From contig JBNRMN010000020.1 of NCBI GenBank assembly GCA_050309605.1, positions 1-64,000 of the forward strand: DNA of 64,000 nucleotides, written 5' to 3'. Below are positions 50,427-60,369 of the stretch, piece after piece; positions within the stretch are counted from its first letter, which is position 1, and the number at the start of each line of letters is the position of its first letter. The notes under the pieces were generated by a model that searched no databases, had not been told where the DNA came from, and worked only from the letters and a program-made list of their open reading frames with translations. This stretch comes from Anaerohalosphaeraceae bacterium (GTDB lineage: Bacteria > Planctomycetota > Phycisphaerae > Sedimentisphaerales > Anaerohalosphaeraceae). The translations under genes were made by a program, and so were the position numbers.

Positions 50427-52282
50427 GGCGCCGGTGTCTCCGTCGGGCGCTGCCTTCGTTGCCCCTGACCTTGCCCGGCACCGTTCGGGCGCATCGGCTG
50501 TCGGGAACGGGGCTGGTCCTGCTGATCCGACGGCGCCTGTTCCAACCGTCGGCGCATCTGTTCCCGTTGTTCCGACGTCATCTGCTCAAGCTGCCGCCGC
50601 ATCTGTTCACGCTGTGCAGGCGAAAACTCACGGTCGGTCGGCTGTCGCCGCTCCTGAGGCTCCGGTTGTCGGCCCTCCTGACCGATATTTCGAGGCGGAT
50701 AGCCGGCCTCTTGCGGCATGGAGCCATTCAGAGGCATAGAATGATTGTTCAGACGATCCCGAACGCGATCGGTGATATCCTGCATCTCGGGAGACGACGA
50801 CCTTTGTTGACGTCCTTCAACCGAACCGGCTCTCAGCGGCGGGGTCAGCAGCACCTCTTCGCCTTCGGACAATCCGTCGAGGATGTGCACCATCCGGTTA
50901 TTGTCCAACCCGATCTCTACCTGGCGAGGCTCAATTGCCCGGCTTGTGGCCACAAAAACGGTAGGTTTGCCGTCCACACGAATAACCGACTGAACAGGGA
51001 CATACAGGGCTTCGTCGTGCTGCTGGACAATAATCTCCACGTTGCAGCTCATCCCGGTGCGCAGCGCCTCGTCATTGTCCTCAAGGAAGATTTCCGTATT
51101 ATACACTTTCAAATCCGGATTCATCCACATACTTTGGGGGTCCGGCAGCGGAGCAATCGTTGCAACAGTCCCCAGATACTCCCGCCCCGGCAGGGCATCG
51201 ACCGTCACAATCGCCGGCAGCCCAACGCTTATTTTTTGAAGATTGGCCTCGTGAATACTCACTTCCGCCTTGGCCGAGGCAGTCGTCGGCAGATAAATCA
51301 ACTCCTCGCGCTCACGAACCTCACGACCTTCAATCAGCGGCTCCGTATTGAATCGCCGCCCGCCGGTCATCGCGCTGGTGGCATAGATCACGGTTCCATC
51401 GTGAGGCGCATAAATGGTGGCATTCTCGATCTGTTCTTCAAGTTTATGAAATCTGTCCAACTGGCGATTGTATTCCAGCTCTCTGGCAGTCAGGTCCGCT
51501 TCGGCTTGAACAAGCTCGGCCCGCGCCTTTCGCGTCACGCGCTCCAGCGTCATTTCCGCCTGTCGGACATCGCTTTCCAGTTGAGCCAAAGTACGCTTAT
51601 GGGTAAACTCGGTCAACAAACGCAGATTATTCTTGGCCAGTTCAAGGTCCAACTCCCGCTTCTTGGCGCTCAACTCATCGGCCTGAAGCTCCGTTTGTGA
51701 AATAAATTTTTCCTCATACAATTGCCGCGACCACGTCAATTGCTCCCGCACCCGAGTCAACTCTTCCTCGGCAAGGGTAATTTCAGCCTCCGCGCGCTTC
51801 AGCTCGTTCGGGTATTCGCCTTCTAAATATTTGCTGAGGTCTTCTTTGGCAAACTGTAGCTCCAACGTGGCAATATCCACATCACTTTGCGTTTGATTTC
51901 GAACGACTTCCAGGTTTTCTTTGGCGCCAATATAGGAAGCCTCAGCATTCTGGACGCGAATTTCCTGATCCAAACGGCTGTCGATCAGCGTGCTGGCGTC
52001 CAGTTCCATCAGCAAGTCGCCCTTTTTCACACGTGTTCCTTCGGGAATCAGCCAAATGATGGAAGTCCGGCCTTCCACCTGGCTTTGAATCGTGGTCATT
52101 TCACGTGCCTGAATGGTTCCGGACTGAATGACACTGATCGTCAGCGGCCCGCGTACGACCTGATAGATCGCCTGGCCCGTCGCGGCATGGACGGCAGCGG
52201 CATTCTGCCACACCATCCATCCAATTCCCGCCGCAACAACGGCCAAACCAACCACTAACCATAATTTTTTACTTTTGAGCAT
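50423..52282 (-). CDS. Efflux periplasmic adaptor (HlyD/MacA family) with long coiled coil
   Basis: N-terminal TM, lipoyl halves EGTRVKKGD / IYAPHDG, LRTGMS, VEIGLDN. Confidence 0.9.
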   Translation of the reverse strand: MLKSKKLWLVVGLAVVAAGIGWMVWQNAAAVHAATGQAIYQVVRGPLTISVIQSGTIQAREMTTIQSQVEGRTSIIWLIPEGTRVKKGDLLMELDASTLIDSRLDQEIRVQNAEASYIGAKENLEVVRNQTQSDVDIATLELQFAKEDLSKYLEGEYPNELKRAEAEITLAEEELTRVREQLTWSRQLYEEKFISQTELQADELSAKKRELDLELAKNNLRLLTEFTHKRTLAQLESDVRQAEMTLERVTRKARAELVQAEADLTARELEYNRQLDRFHKLEEQIENATIYAPHDGTVIYATSAMTGGRRFNTEPLIEGREVREREELIYLPTTASAKAEVSIHEANLQKISVGLPAIVTVDALPGREYLGTVATIAPLPDPQSMWMNPDLKVYNTEIFLEDNDEALRTGMSCNVEIIVQQHDEALYVPVQSVIRVDGKPTVFVATSRAIEPRQVEIGLDNNRMVHILDGLSEGEEVLLTPPLRAGSVEGRQQRSSSPEMQDITDRVRDRLNNHSMPLNGSMPQEAGYPPRNIGQEGRQPEPQERRQPTDREFSPAQREQMRRQLEQMTSEQREQMRRRLEQAPSDQQDQPRSRQPMRPNGAGQGQGQRRQRPTETPAP

Positions 52283-54167
52283 ATCCTAATTCCTCCGGCA
52301 GAAGTTCCTGCCAAATTCCACGTTCATCCACTTGCAACAATCCCAGATCGCGCTGCAATTCAAGCTCGGCGATTCGATAACTCACCGCCGCGGCGGTCAA
52401 CGCATTCTGGGCTGACAACAGCGCTTCCTGTGCTTCGAGAAAATCACGCATCTGCGCCCGTCCCGCCTCCAGAAACAGATTCACACTTCGGACCCGCTTT
52501 TCCGCAATAAGCACCGATTTGATCTGAATATACAAATTCTCACGGGTTTGGCGCATATTCCGAAGCGTATTTCGCAATGACAGCTTGATTTGGTCTTCCT
52601 GCCGCTGCACATTGCGAACATTGTTTTCCAGTGCGATCAGACTGTTGCGATACGCGACACGTTCTTGGGTACGTTCAAGCGGCAAATCGAGTGTTAATAG
52701 ACCTGAATACACGCCTTCATCCAATCGCAATTGCGCATCATCGCTTGCGGCACTGCCAACCGAACCGCGCCGAGATCCATAACCAGCCGACCCGAAGAGT
52801 GTCACTTCCGCTCTGAGCCTGTCGGCGGCAACAATGACTTTACGCTGGGCGTCATAGACTTGTTCCATGGCTTTTCGAAAGTCCAGTCGGTTATTCAAGG
52901 CAATCTGTGCCGCACGATCCATATCCAGTTCCCACGGCCCGGCGTCTTCCTGACTTGGCTCGTCCAGTTGAATCGGTGCATCAGCCGGTTGGGCGGGGCG
53001 ATCCTGCAACGCCTGATCTTCGGCCAAAAAGTTTTCGCGAAGCTGCTGCGTCGGCTCCACAATATATTGCAGATCATTCGGGTCCAACTCGACGTTTGCA
53101 TCCGGCGGCAGACCAAGCAGCGATTTGAATGAATCCAAAGCCCCTTGATACGACTCCATTGAACCGATCCATTGCTGCCTGGCGCGAAGCTCACTTTGAG
53201 CGGCCTGGTCCACCTCGATTTCCTGCAAGCGTCCCGCATCGGCCAGGCGTCGGCTTCGTCGGGCCGAGGCAATCACACTGCGGTAATTTTCACGTTGGTT
53301 GCGCACCTCGTCCAAGCTTCGCAACACCCTTAAGTAGCTGTCCGCCACATCGACCGCAAACTCCTTTTTGTATTGTTCGAAATCCCACATCGTATAAATC
53401 ACTTCGCGCTCGGCCTGCGTCAGGGATTCGGTGGCAATATGACGGCCCGCTCCCCGCAACAAGGGAACCGAGATTGACGTATCCGCTGCTAATCCCAGCG
53501 ACGATGCCCCGCCTCCCGTCAACAAATTCGCCAAATCAACGGCAATCCCCGCAGTCACCTGGCCGCCTTCGTATAAATTGCGCGTAACGTCAAGCGTGCC
53601 GGTTTGCACGGTGCCGCTGACGGTATTGTCGCCGGTGGTATCGGCCGAGATATTGCTTCGAACCTGTCCCTGAAAAATATTGCGAAATGCATTGCGTTCA
53701 ATATCCAGCGCCAAAGCGGCCTGAAAAACGCGCTCTTTTCGTTCCTGATAGACAAAACTGTTTCGCGCACCGATTTGCAGCGAATCGGTCAATGTTAATT
53801 TCAGCGGTTCGCCTTTGGTGACTTGAATAAACGCATCCTCAGATTCTTTTTGAGACGAAAGATAATCCTCATCCGGCCAATGCTCCACGGCCTCCAGACG
53901 ATCACTTCCCAGCGAGGCCGGCCCGGAGATCACCAAATCCTGTTCTTCGAGGAGTCGCCGCCTTAAAATGGTACTGGGACGATCAATGTCGATGGCCCCA
54001 TTGCGGCCCAGTGCTTCTTGATGTTTTTCGGCGATAATCTCCTCTGCCGTACGGTCGGCCTTGAGGCGATGCTCAGACGGACTCATGCACCCTGCCTGAA
54101 ATAACAGCGATACACAGGCAAATCCTATCAATAATATATCTCTCAAGCTCTTAATAAAGTACCTCAA
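52269..54167 (-). CDS. TolC family outer-membrane lipoprotein
   Basis: Lipobox-like QAGC; two OEP repeats (VPLLRG, LDLPL, AGR...DFLEAQ); heads the adaptor/ABC operon. Confidence 0.88.
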   Translation of the reverse strand: MRYFIKSLRDILLIGFACVSLLFQAGCMSPSEHRLKADRTAEEIIAEKHQEALGRNGAIDIDRPSTILRRRLLEEQDLVISGPASLGSDRLEAVEHWPDEDYLSSQKESEDAFIQVTKGEPLKLTLTDSLQIGARNSFVYQERKERVFQAALALDIERNAFRNIFQGQVRSNISADTTGDNTVSGTVQTGTLDVTRNLYEGGQVTAGIAVDLANLLTGGGASSLGLAADTSISVPLLRGAGRHIATESLTQAEREVIYTMWDFEQYKKEFAVDVADSYLRVLRSLDEVRNQRENYRSVIASARRSRRLADAGRLQEIEVDQAAQSELRARQQWIGSMESYQGALDSFKSLLGLPPDANVELDPNDLQYIVEPTQQLRENFLAEDQALQDRPAQPADAPIQLDEPSQEDAGPWELDMDRAAQIALNNRLDFRKAMEQVYDAQRKVIVAADRLRAEVTLFGSAGYGSRRGSVGSAASDDAQLRLDEGVYSGLLTLDLPLERTQERVAYRNSLIALENNVRNVQRQEDQIKLSLRNTLRNMRQTRENLYIQIKSVLIAEKRVRSVNLFLEAGRAQMRDFLEAQEALLSAQNALTAAAVSYRIAELELQRDLGLLQVDERGIWQELLPEELGYAQK

Positions 54168-54324
54168 GTTGTTCGTCCTATAGATTAATTATGCCGACAA
54201 TAATCCCTTAACTTTTTTGCTTTCAAGTATGATAATAGTCGATTTTCACTCGGTTTAAGTTACATCTATTTTGCAAAAAACCTTATTTTATTGTTTCATT
54301 GTTGTTGTTTTTTGTCCGTATTGT

Positions 54325-54972
54325 TTATCGCAGCAACTCAGGACGCCGGCGGCGCAGCCAATCGGGCAACTGCTCGCGTTTGACGTCCCGCCAAAGCCCC
54401 TTTCGTTTGGCGATGGCCGCCTCCATCAATTGAACATACGCATCGAATCGGCTGTGCGAAAAACGAAGGTCGGCATAGCCGTGACCGCTGCGAATGATTT
54501 CCTCATTCAGGACAACCTCATTCGGCAATTCAATGTATGCCAAAAGTCGGCCGTAACGGTCGCGTTCATCGGCAACGGTATCAAGCAACACCGTTACCTG
54601 CTGCCCATCAGCCAACCCGGCGGTAAACTTGGTCGCTTCGGGGCCGAAATACATCTGTCCGATTGCAGGATGATGCGTCTCAGGCGTATCCACCCCCAGC
54701 AAACGGACACGAGTAAAAACATCCTGTCCATCAGAAACACCAATATCCAGCGTGTCTCCATCAACAATATGAACAACTTCAAATACCTGCCGATGATAGC
54801 GTTTGCGATCATCGCTGGCCCAAGCGGCCGTCCGTATTGCCTGACGCATCGGCCGCAAAAACTGACGATCCAGAACCACGACAAAAGGCAGAACAAAAAA
54901 GAAAAATGTCGCCCAAAGGGCGTACTTCCGTCGTCGGCTCATCGCCATACGAAACGTTCTTCGGCGTGCCAT
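54325..54972 (-). CDS. Thermonuclease (SNase) family protein
   Basis: VDGDTL, VRLLGVDTPE, RDRYGRLLAY, GLW; N-terminal TM. Confidence 0.92.
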   Translation of the reverse strand: MARRRTFRMAMSRRRKYALWATFFFFVLPFVVVLDRQFLRPMRQAIRTAAWASDDRKRYHRQVFEVVHIVDGDTLDIGVSDGQDVFTRVRLLGVDTPETHHPAIGQMYFGPEATKFTAGLADGQQVTVLLDTVADERDRYGRLLAYIELPNEVVLNEEIIRSGHGYADLRFSHSRFDAYVQLMEAAIAKRKGLWRDVKREQLPDWLRRRRPELLR

Positions 54973-55005
54973 TGTCCTTACTTGCTCCGTCGCCGTTTTA
55001 GAGCA

Positions 55006-56241
55006 TCAGGCCTGACGTTCGGCGGCGGGTTTATCCAGCTCAAAGGCGTCGCACACCGCGATGAGCGCTTTTTCCCCCTGATCCAGATCGACCAGACAAC
55101 TGATTCGGATTTCGCTGGTGGTGATCGAATCAATATTGATTTGTTTTTCAGCCAGTGCCGAGAACATCTTTTCGGCCACGCCGTAATGCGACTGCATCCC
55201 AACACCGATGATAGACACCCCGGCCACATCTTCACGCACAATAACCGATTGACAATGCACCATAGTACGAATATCGGCGATTGCCTGACGCGCCACATCC
55301 AAATCGGCGTGCGAAACGGTAAATGACAGATTCGCTTTGTCAGGGCTGACTTCCGTCTGGATAATATCGTTGACGCTGACGCGCTTGACCGCCAGATGGG
55401 TAAAGATCTTGGCCGCATTGCCGGGCTTGTGGTCCACGCCGATCAGAGTGATCTTGGCCAGATCTTTTTGAATCGTTGCGCCGGAGACCAATATATGTTC
55501 CATTTCAGGCACCTCGTGAGTAATTAACGTTCCGGGATTATCATTCAAACTGCTGCGCACATAAATGGGCACATCAAATTTCTTTCCAACTTCAATGGAG
55601 CGTCCGTGCATAACACCGGCGCCGAGACTGGCCATCTCAAGAATCTCGTCATAACTGATCTTGTCGATTTTGACGGCCTTGTTGTAAATCCGCGGATCGG
55701 ACGTGTAAATACCGTCCACATCCGTATAGATATCGCATCGTTCAGCACCGAGGACAGCCGCCAGGGCCACGGCACTGGTATCGGAGCCGCCGCGTCCGAG
55801 TGTGGTAATATCGCCTACCTCGTTGATCCCCTGAAATCCGGCTACGGCCACAATATAGCCCTCGTTGAGCTTGTCGTGCACACGGTCGGCCTTAATCTCG
55901 AGGATGCGGGCTTTGGAATAGGTGTCGTCAGTAAAAAAACCGGCCTGCTGACCGGTAAAGCTGATCGCCTTTTGCCCCATACCCCACAGCGTAATCGCCA
56001 ATAACGAAACCGTTTGCTGCTCGCCGGTGGCCATCAACATATCCATTTCCCGTCGCGGCGGTGCAAGATTCAGTTCTTTGGCGTCGGCAATCAGCTCATC
56101 GGTCTGCTTGCCCCGCGCGGATGCCACGATGACCACCTGATAGCCCTGCTGATGTGCCCTCAGGGCGCGTTCGGCGGCGCGACGGATCTTTTCGGCGTTC
56201 GCCACCGAGGTGCCGCCGAATTTCTGTACCAATATTGCCAT
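55006..56241 (-). CDS. lysC: Aspartate kinase
   Basis: VQKFGGTSV, TTLGRGGSDTSA, YTDVDG, two ACT domains ending TSEIRIS. Confidence 0.96.
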   Translation of the reverse strand: MAILVQKFGGTSVANAEKIRRAAERALRAHQQGYQVVIVASARGKQTDELIADAKELNLAPPRREMDMLMATGEQQTVSLLAITLWGMGQKAISFTGQQAGFFTDDTYSKARILEIKADRVHDKLNEGYIVAVAGFQGINEVGDITTLGRGGSDTSAVALAAVLGAERCDIYTDVDGIYTSDPRIYNKAVKIDKISYDEILEMASLGAGVMHGRSIEVGKKFDVPIYVRSSLNDNPGTLITHEVPEMEHILVSGATIQKDLAKITLIGVDHKPGNAAKIFTHLAVKRVSVNDIIQTEVSPDKANLSFTVSHADLDVARQAIADIRTMVHCQSVIVREDVAGVSIIGVGMQSHYGVAEKMFSALAEKQINIDSITTSEIRISCLVDLDQGEKALIAVCDAFELDKPAAERQA

Positions 56242-56476
56242 TTTTATCCCTTTTGTCTGGAAAATCGCGCTGTACGACCCTGACGTTTCCGAATCACGAC
56301 ACGGCCTGAATTTCAGGTTAAATAACAAAAAAAAAGTGTTCTGTCAAACAGAATCCAGTATAAACCCGCCGCACAAACGCAAAAACTAACGTCAACACAT
56401 AACAGAAAGCATCCATCGAAAGAAACGCCCTTTGTCGGCTTTTTTCCTCCGATTTTGTTATTTCGCAAACCAGAAC

Positions 56477-56505
56477 TTGAACAGAACGCAGAATCGTTTT
56501 ATAGT
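56477..56505 (+). promoter_or_regulatory. sigma70 promoter of rnd
   Basis: TTGAAC-N17-TATAGT. Confidence 0.6.
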
Positions 56506-56551
56506 GTAGCGTTAGTTAAGGACAAATGATGGCCAAAACAGATTATTTTGT

Positions 56552-57703
56552 ATGATGCGTGTGGATCCGGCACAGCGAACTTATGACCTTGTTGCAACTC
56601 CGCAAGCGATGCCTGTCCTGCTTGAGGCATTAAGCCGGGCCAAGCGCGTCGCCATTGACACGGAAGCAGACAGTTATCATCACTTTCATCACAAAATTTG
56701 CCTGATTCAAGTGGCAATGGGAGATCGTTGTTTTATTGTCGATCCGCTGGCAGAGCTGGATTTGAGCGAGATGCTGACCCTTCTGTCCGACAAGCCGTTA
56801 ATTTTTCACGATGCGGGGTATGATTTGCGGATGCTGCGGGCGGATCTTGGATTTCAGCCGAGTAATGAGATGTTTGACACAATGTTGGCGGCGCGCCTGA
56901 TCGGGCTGGAAAAATTCAGCCTGTCGGCCCTGCTGGAACAGATTTTGGGTATCCGGCTGTCCAAGCACAACCAGCGGGCCAACTGGGCCAAACGTCCGAT
57001 TGATGTTAGGCTGCTGGCCTATGCCGCCGAAGACATACGCTATTTGGAGCAGCTTACGAACTATTTGGCCGAGCGGCTGCATCGGCTGGGGCGTACCGAG
57101 TGGCATCGTGAATACTGCCAATGGACGATTGCCCAAAGTCAAGTCGTCAAAATCCCCGAAAATCCTGAAAAAGCCTGGCGTATTCGGGGCATTTCAGGGT
57201 TATCGCCGCGTCAATTGGCATTCGTGCGGGCGGTCTGGCAATGGCGACAAGCACAATCCGACCGCGCCGACTTGGCGCCGTTTCGGATTCTGCTCAATGA
57301 TCGCCTGATCGAACTGGCGTTATGGGCCGAACGCCAAAAACAAATCCTCCCCGATAAGCTGCCCCGTTTGCCGCGGCACTGCAAGGGCAACCGCCGCCGC
57401 GAACTGCTTGAGGCCTTGCAGCAGGCTCAACGACTGAGCAGCGACCAGTGGCCGCAGCCCCTGCTGAAGAACACCGGTCAACGCCCCGCCCCCGAAATTC
57501 TTGAAAAGGCAGAGCGTCTGCACACCCAATGCCGACGTATCGCCAAATCACTCGATTTGCCGACGTCGTTGATCGCGTCGCGCAAGGCTCTTCTGGCGGC
57601 GGTCAACACCCATGCCGACACCGAAGAAAAAATGCTTCGCATCGGCTGGATGCGCTGGCAGATTCGTTTGGTCCTGCCCGCCCTGCGGGACGTATTGGGT
57701 TGA
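56552..57703 (+). CDS. rnd: Ribonuclease D (DEDD 3'-5' exonuclease + HRDC)
   Basis: AIDTEAD, CLIQ, FHDAGYD, FDT, W..RP..YAAED, HRDC region. Confidence 0.92.
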   Translation: MMRVDPAQRTYDLVATPQAMPVLLEALSRAKRVAIDTEADSYHHFHHKICLIQVAMGDRCFIVDPLAELDLSEMLTLLSDKPLIFHDAGYDLRMLRADLGFQPSNEMFDTMLAARLIGLEKFSLSALLEQILGIRLSKHNQRANWAKRPIDVRLLAYAAEDIRYLEQLTNYLAERLHRLGRTEWHREYCQWTIAQSQVVKIPENPEKAWRIRGISGLSPRQLAFVRAVWQWRQAQSDRADLAPFRILLNDRLIELALWAERQKQILPDKLPRLPRHCKGNRRRELLEALQQAQRLSSDQWPQPLLKNTGQRPAPEILEKAERLHTQCRRIAKSLDLPTSLIASRKALLAAVNTHADTEEKMLRIGWMRWQIRLVLPALRDVLG

Positions 57704-57852
57704 CGGTTTAGGCCGTCTATCTGCTTTTTTCACCGGTTTACTGAAAAACCTTAGACGGTTCGGTCATTTCGGCGTAGAATGCGTTTATCAGGAATGGTAA
57801 GGCAACCAAAAGGTTGGAAGCTTCTCCGGCCGTTTTTGCAGGGATCGATGTG

Positions 57853-58629
57853 ATGAAGATAGCCACATTCAATGCCAACTCGATTCGCAGTCGGATTGAG
57901 CCGATGTGCCGCTGGCTGGACGCGAATCAGCCCGATGTGCTGGCTGTACAGGAAACCAAGGTGCAGGATGAGGATTTTCCCCAAGAGGCCTTCAACAGCA
58001 CCGGTTATCAGGTTATTTTCCACGGCCAGAAAAAATATAACGGCGTAGCGATGTTCAGTCGGATTGAACCGAAAAATGTCCGAAATCAATTGCCCGGCGA
58101 CACCGTCGGCCAGGCCCGCTTTCTACAGGCCGACTACGGCCCGATCACCGTGGTCAACACCTACATCCCCCAGGGGTTTGAGATGGGATCGGATAAATTC
58201 CGGTACAAACTGGAATGGTTCGAACTGTTGCGGCGGCACCTGGAAAAAGAGATTCAAAACAATCCCAAGCTCATCTGGCTGGGTGATTTTAATGCGGCCA
58301 GGCAGAATATCGACGTCCATGACCCGAAGGGGTTGTGGGGCAGCGTATGTTTCTGCAAAGAAGTACAAGACGCTCTGGAAAAGGTGCTGTCGCTGGGGCT
58401 GGTTGACGTGTTTCGATTGCACCATCCCGACCAGCCGGGCTGCTATACGTTTTGGGACTACCGGATTCCCAATGGATTCAAACGCAACCTTGGCTGGCGG
58501 ATCGACTATATCACCGCCACCGAGGCCCTGGCCAAACGCTGTGTTCGCTGCGAGATCGACACCGACGCCCGCAAAGCGGAAAAACCCAGCGACCATACTT
58601 ATTTATGGGCGGAATTTGAAACGTGTTGA
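57853..58629 (+). CDS. xth: Exodeoxyribonuclease III
   Basis: ATFNANS, VQETK, YNGVA, GDFN, TFWDYR, GWRIDY, PSDH. Confidence 0.96.
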   Translation: MKIATFNANSIRSRIEPMCRWLDANQPDVLAVQETKVQDEDFPQEAFNSTGYQVIFHGQKKYNGVAMFSRIEPKNVRNQLPGDTVGQARFLQADYGPITVVNTYIPQGFEMGSDKFRYKLEWFELLRRHLEKEIQNNPKLIWLGDFNAARQNIDVHDPKGLWGSVCFCKEVQDALEKVLSLGLVDVFRLHHPDQPGCYTFWDYRIPNGFKRNLGWRIDYITATEALAKRCVRCEIDTDARKAEKPSDHTYLWAEFETC

Positions 58630-58798
58630 TTCCGGTATAACCTGCCAAAGAAGTCTTGAATAATCTCCGGTTTGCGGTACAATTATTTTCAGAAGCATCG
58701 GCATCTGAACGAGACATAGAATTAGACAATACGGCGAATTTGAAAATTCGTGCTTTTTTTGGACTTTTTGACTCATTTTTATGATATCGAAACCATAG

Positions 58799-60340
58799 AT
58801 GACCCCATCCATTATCTCATACGAAGCATTCAGGCAACTGATTGCAGAGCGGTCGATGGCCTATCTGCGAGCGGTACTTTTTCTGGCACAACAAAAAAAA
58901 GGCCGGTCCGTCCTGACCCGTCCCTTGCTGGGCGAGTTGCTGTCGCACGCCTCGCAAATCGAGGAACTGCTGGATTCCTACGGCGCTCGAAACAACTGTC
59001 GGTGGGCGCGATTTCGTTTTCTCACCGCCTCGATCAAACTTTTTTCAAATATCAGTTACGAGCTTCTTCATATCCAGCACTCCCTGCCGCATTATCGATT
59101 GCTGCCTGTTCAACAGGACTTTGCCAAAAGTACCGAGCAAACGCTGCACATTACCGAACAGATCCTTCAACAGGCAACACGACTTCTGGCCGATGAGGCC
59201 AAACGGCTGAAACTGCCGCTTTCCGACATCACCATCTGCGACGATTTTTATGCCGAAAAACTTCCTCACGGCCGGCTTCCTCACGACCTGGCAATGCGCA
59301 AAATCGAAACCGTCTCCACCACGGTCTCTCTGTTGGCCACGGCATTCCTGAATTTGGCCGCGGAAAGTAAACAGGCGCTGCCAAAAAAACAGACTCCCCT
59401 GAATTCCGTTTTGTGTGATATGACCGGTCCGATCAGCGAAGAAAAACTCCGGTCGCTGGAGCTGCGGTTCCACAACTTGCAGTCGCTGTACGATACCTAC
59501 GTCTCGACGACCGAAACGGAAGTGCTTGACAAAGATTTGCCGATTCTGCGGGGACACATCAGTGTGGTGCTGCATTTGCTTCGGACATCGCGGGATTTTG
59601 CGCATTATTATGAACGACACGCCGGCCCGACGGCACAAAAAATCGCCCAGGGCCGAAAACAGCTTGTCGAACCGGAAAAACTGCTCGAACTGCTGTGCAA
59701 CTATTCAATTTACTTTGTCATCCAATACCTGACGTGCGCAGAATTGCTGTGCCAGAATATGCTGCGGCGCTATACAGAGATTGATCGGATCGAAGTGCGT
59801 GTGCCGCCGTACCGCGGTTTTCATGTGCGTCCTTCGACGCTGATTTCCAAACTGGTGCTGCATTATGGCAGCGAAGTCAAGATGCTGCTGGGCGACGAAG
59901 AATACGACGCCGGTTCGCCGCTGGAACTGTTTCGCGCCAATGAGAAAATCAACGCTGTCAAACGCCGCTCGCTGGCCCAGGAAATTCTGCAACTGAATCT
60001 TGTGCCGCCGAACGAAAAAACCGACGATGTCGCCGGCTTTATTCGCAAAGTCATTCTGACGCTGGCTGAACACAGTAAACTGTTTATCTATGAACACCCC
60101 CTCAAGATTGATGATAAGCCGGCTCAGCCGGGCGCCAACCTGCTGGAGCAGGTGACCGATGAGATCGCCCGGCTTCAGGTGACAGGAAAAATTGATATGA
60201 GCACCGATTTGAAAGTGGCGTTTGTCGGCGACAAGCGCGTGCTGTCAGACATTAAGCTGCTGGCCGAGAACGGCTACGGCGAGGACAACTTCGGCAACAA
60301 TATCCCCCTGCCTGAAGGACTGACCTATCTGCGTAAATAA
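58799..60340 (+). CDS. Large protein containing an HPr-like phosphocarrier domain
   Basis: GFHVRPS (His342) and YDAGSPL (Ser373) with the HPr His15-Ser46 spacing; N-terminal helical region of about 330 aa. Confidence 0.8.
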   Translation: MTPSIISYEAFRQLIAERSMAYLRAVLFLAQQKKGRSVLTRPLLGELLSHASQIEELLDSYGARNNCRWARFRFLTASIKLFSNISYELLHIQHSLPHYRLLPVQQDFAKSTEQTLHITEQILQQATRLLADEAKRLKLPLSDITICDDFYAEKLPHGRLPHDLAMRKIETVSTTVSLLATAFLNLAAESKQALPKKQTPLNSVLCDMTGPISEEKLRSLELRFHNLQSLYDTYVSTTETEVLDKDLPILRGHISVVLHLLRTSRDFAHYYERHAGPTAQKIAQGRKQLVEPEKLLELLCNYSIYFVIQYLTCAELLCQNMLRRYTEIDRIEVRVPPYRGFHVRPSTLISKLVLHYGSEVKMLLGDEEYDAGSPLELFRANEKINAVKRRSLAQEILQLNLVPPNEKTDDVAGFIRKVILTLAEHSKLFIYEHPLKIDDKPAQPGANLLEQVTDEIARLQVTGKIDMSTDLKVAFVGDKRVLSDIKLLAENGYGEDNFGNNIPLPEGLTYLRK

Positions 60341-60369
60341 TCATTTCTGATGTAAGCAGGACAACGTTT

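Noticed and set aside
56242..56400. Lysine riboswitch upstream of lysC
   Set aside because: A TTGACA-N17-TATTTA promoter leaves a leader of only about 70 nt, with no L-box motifs.
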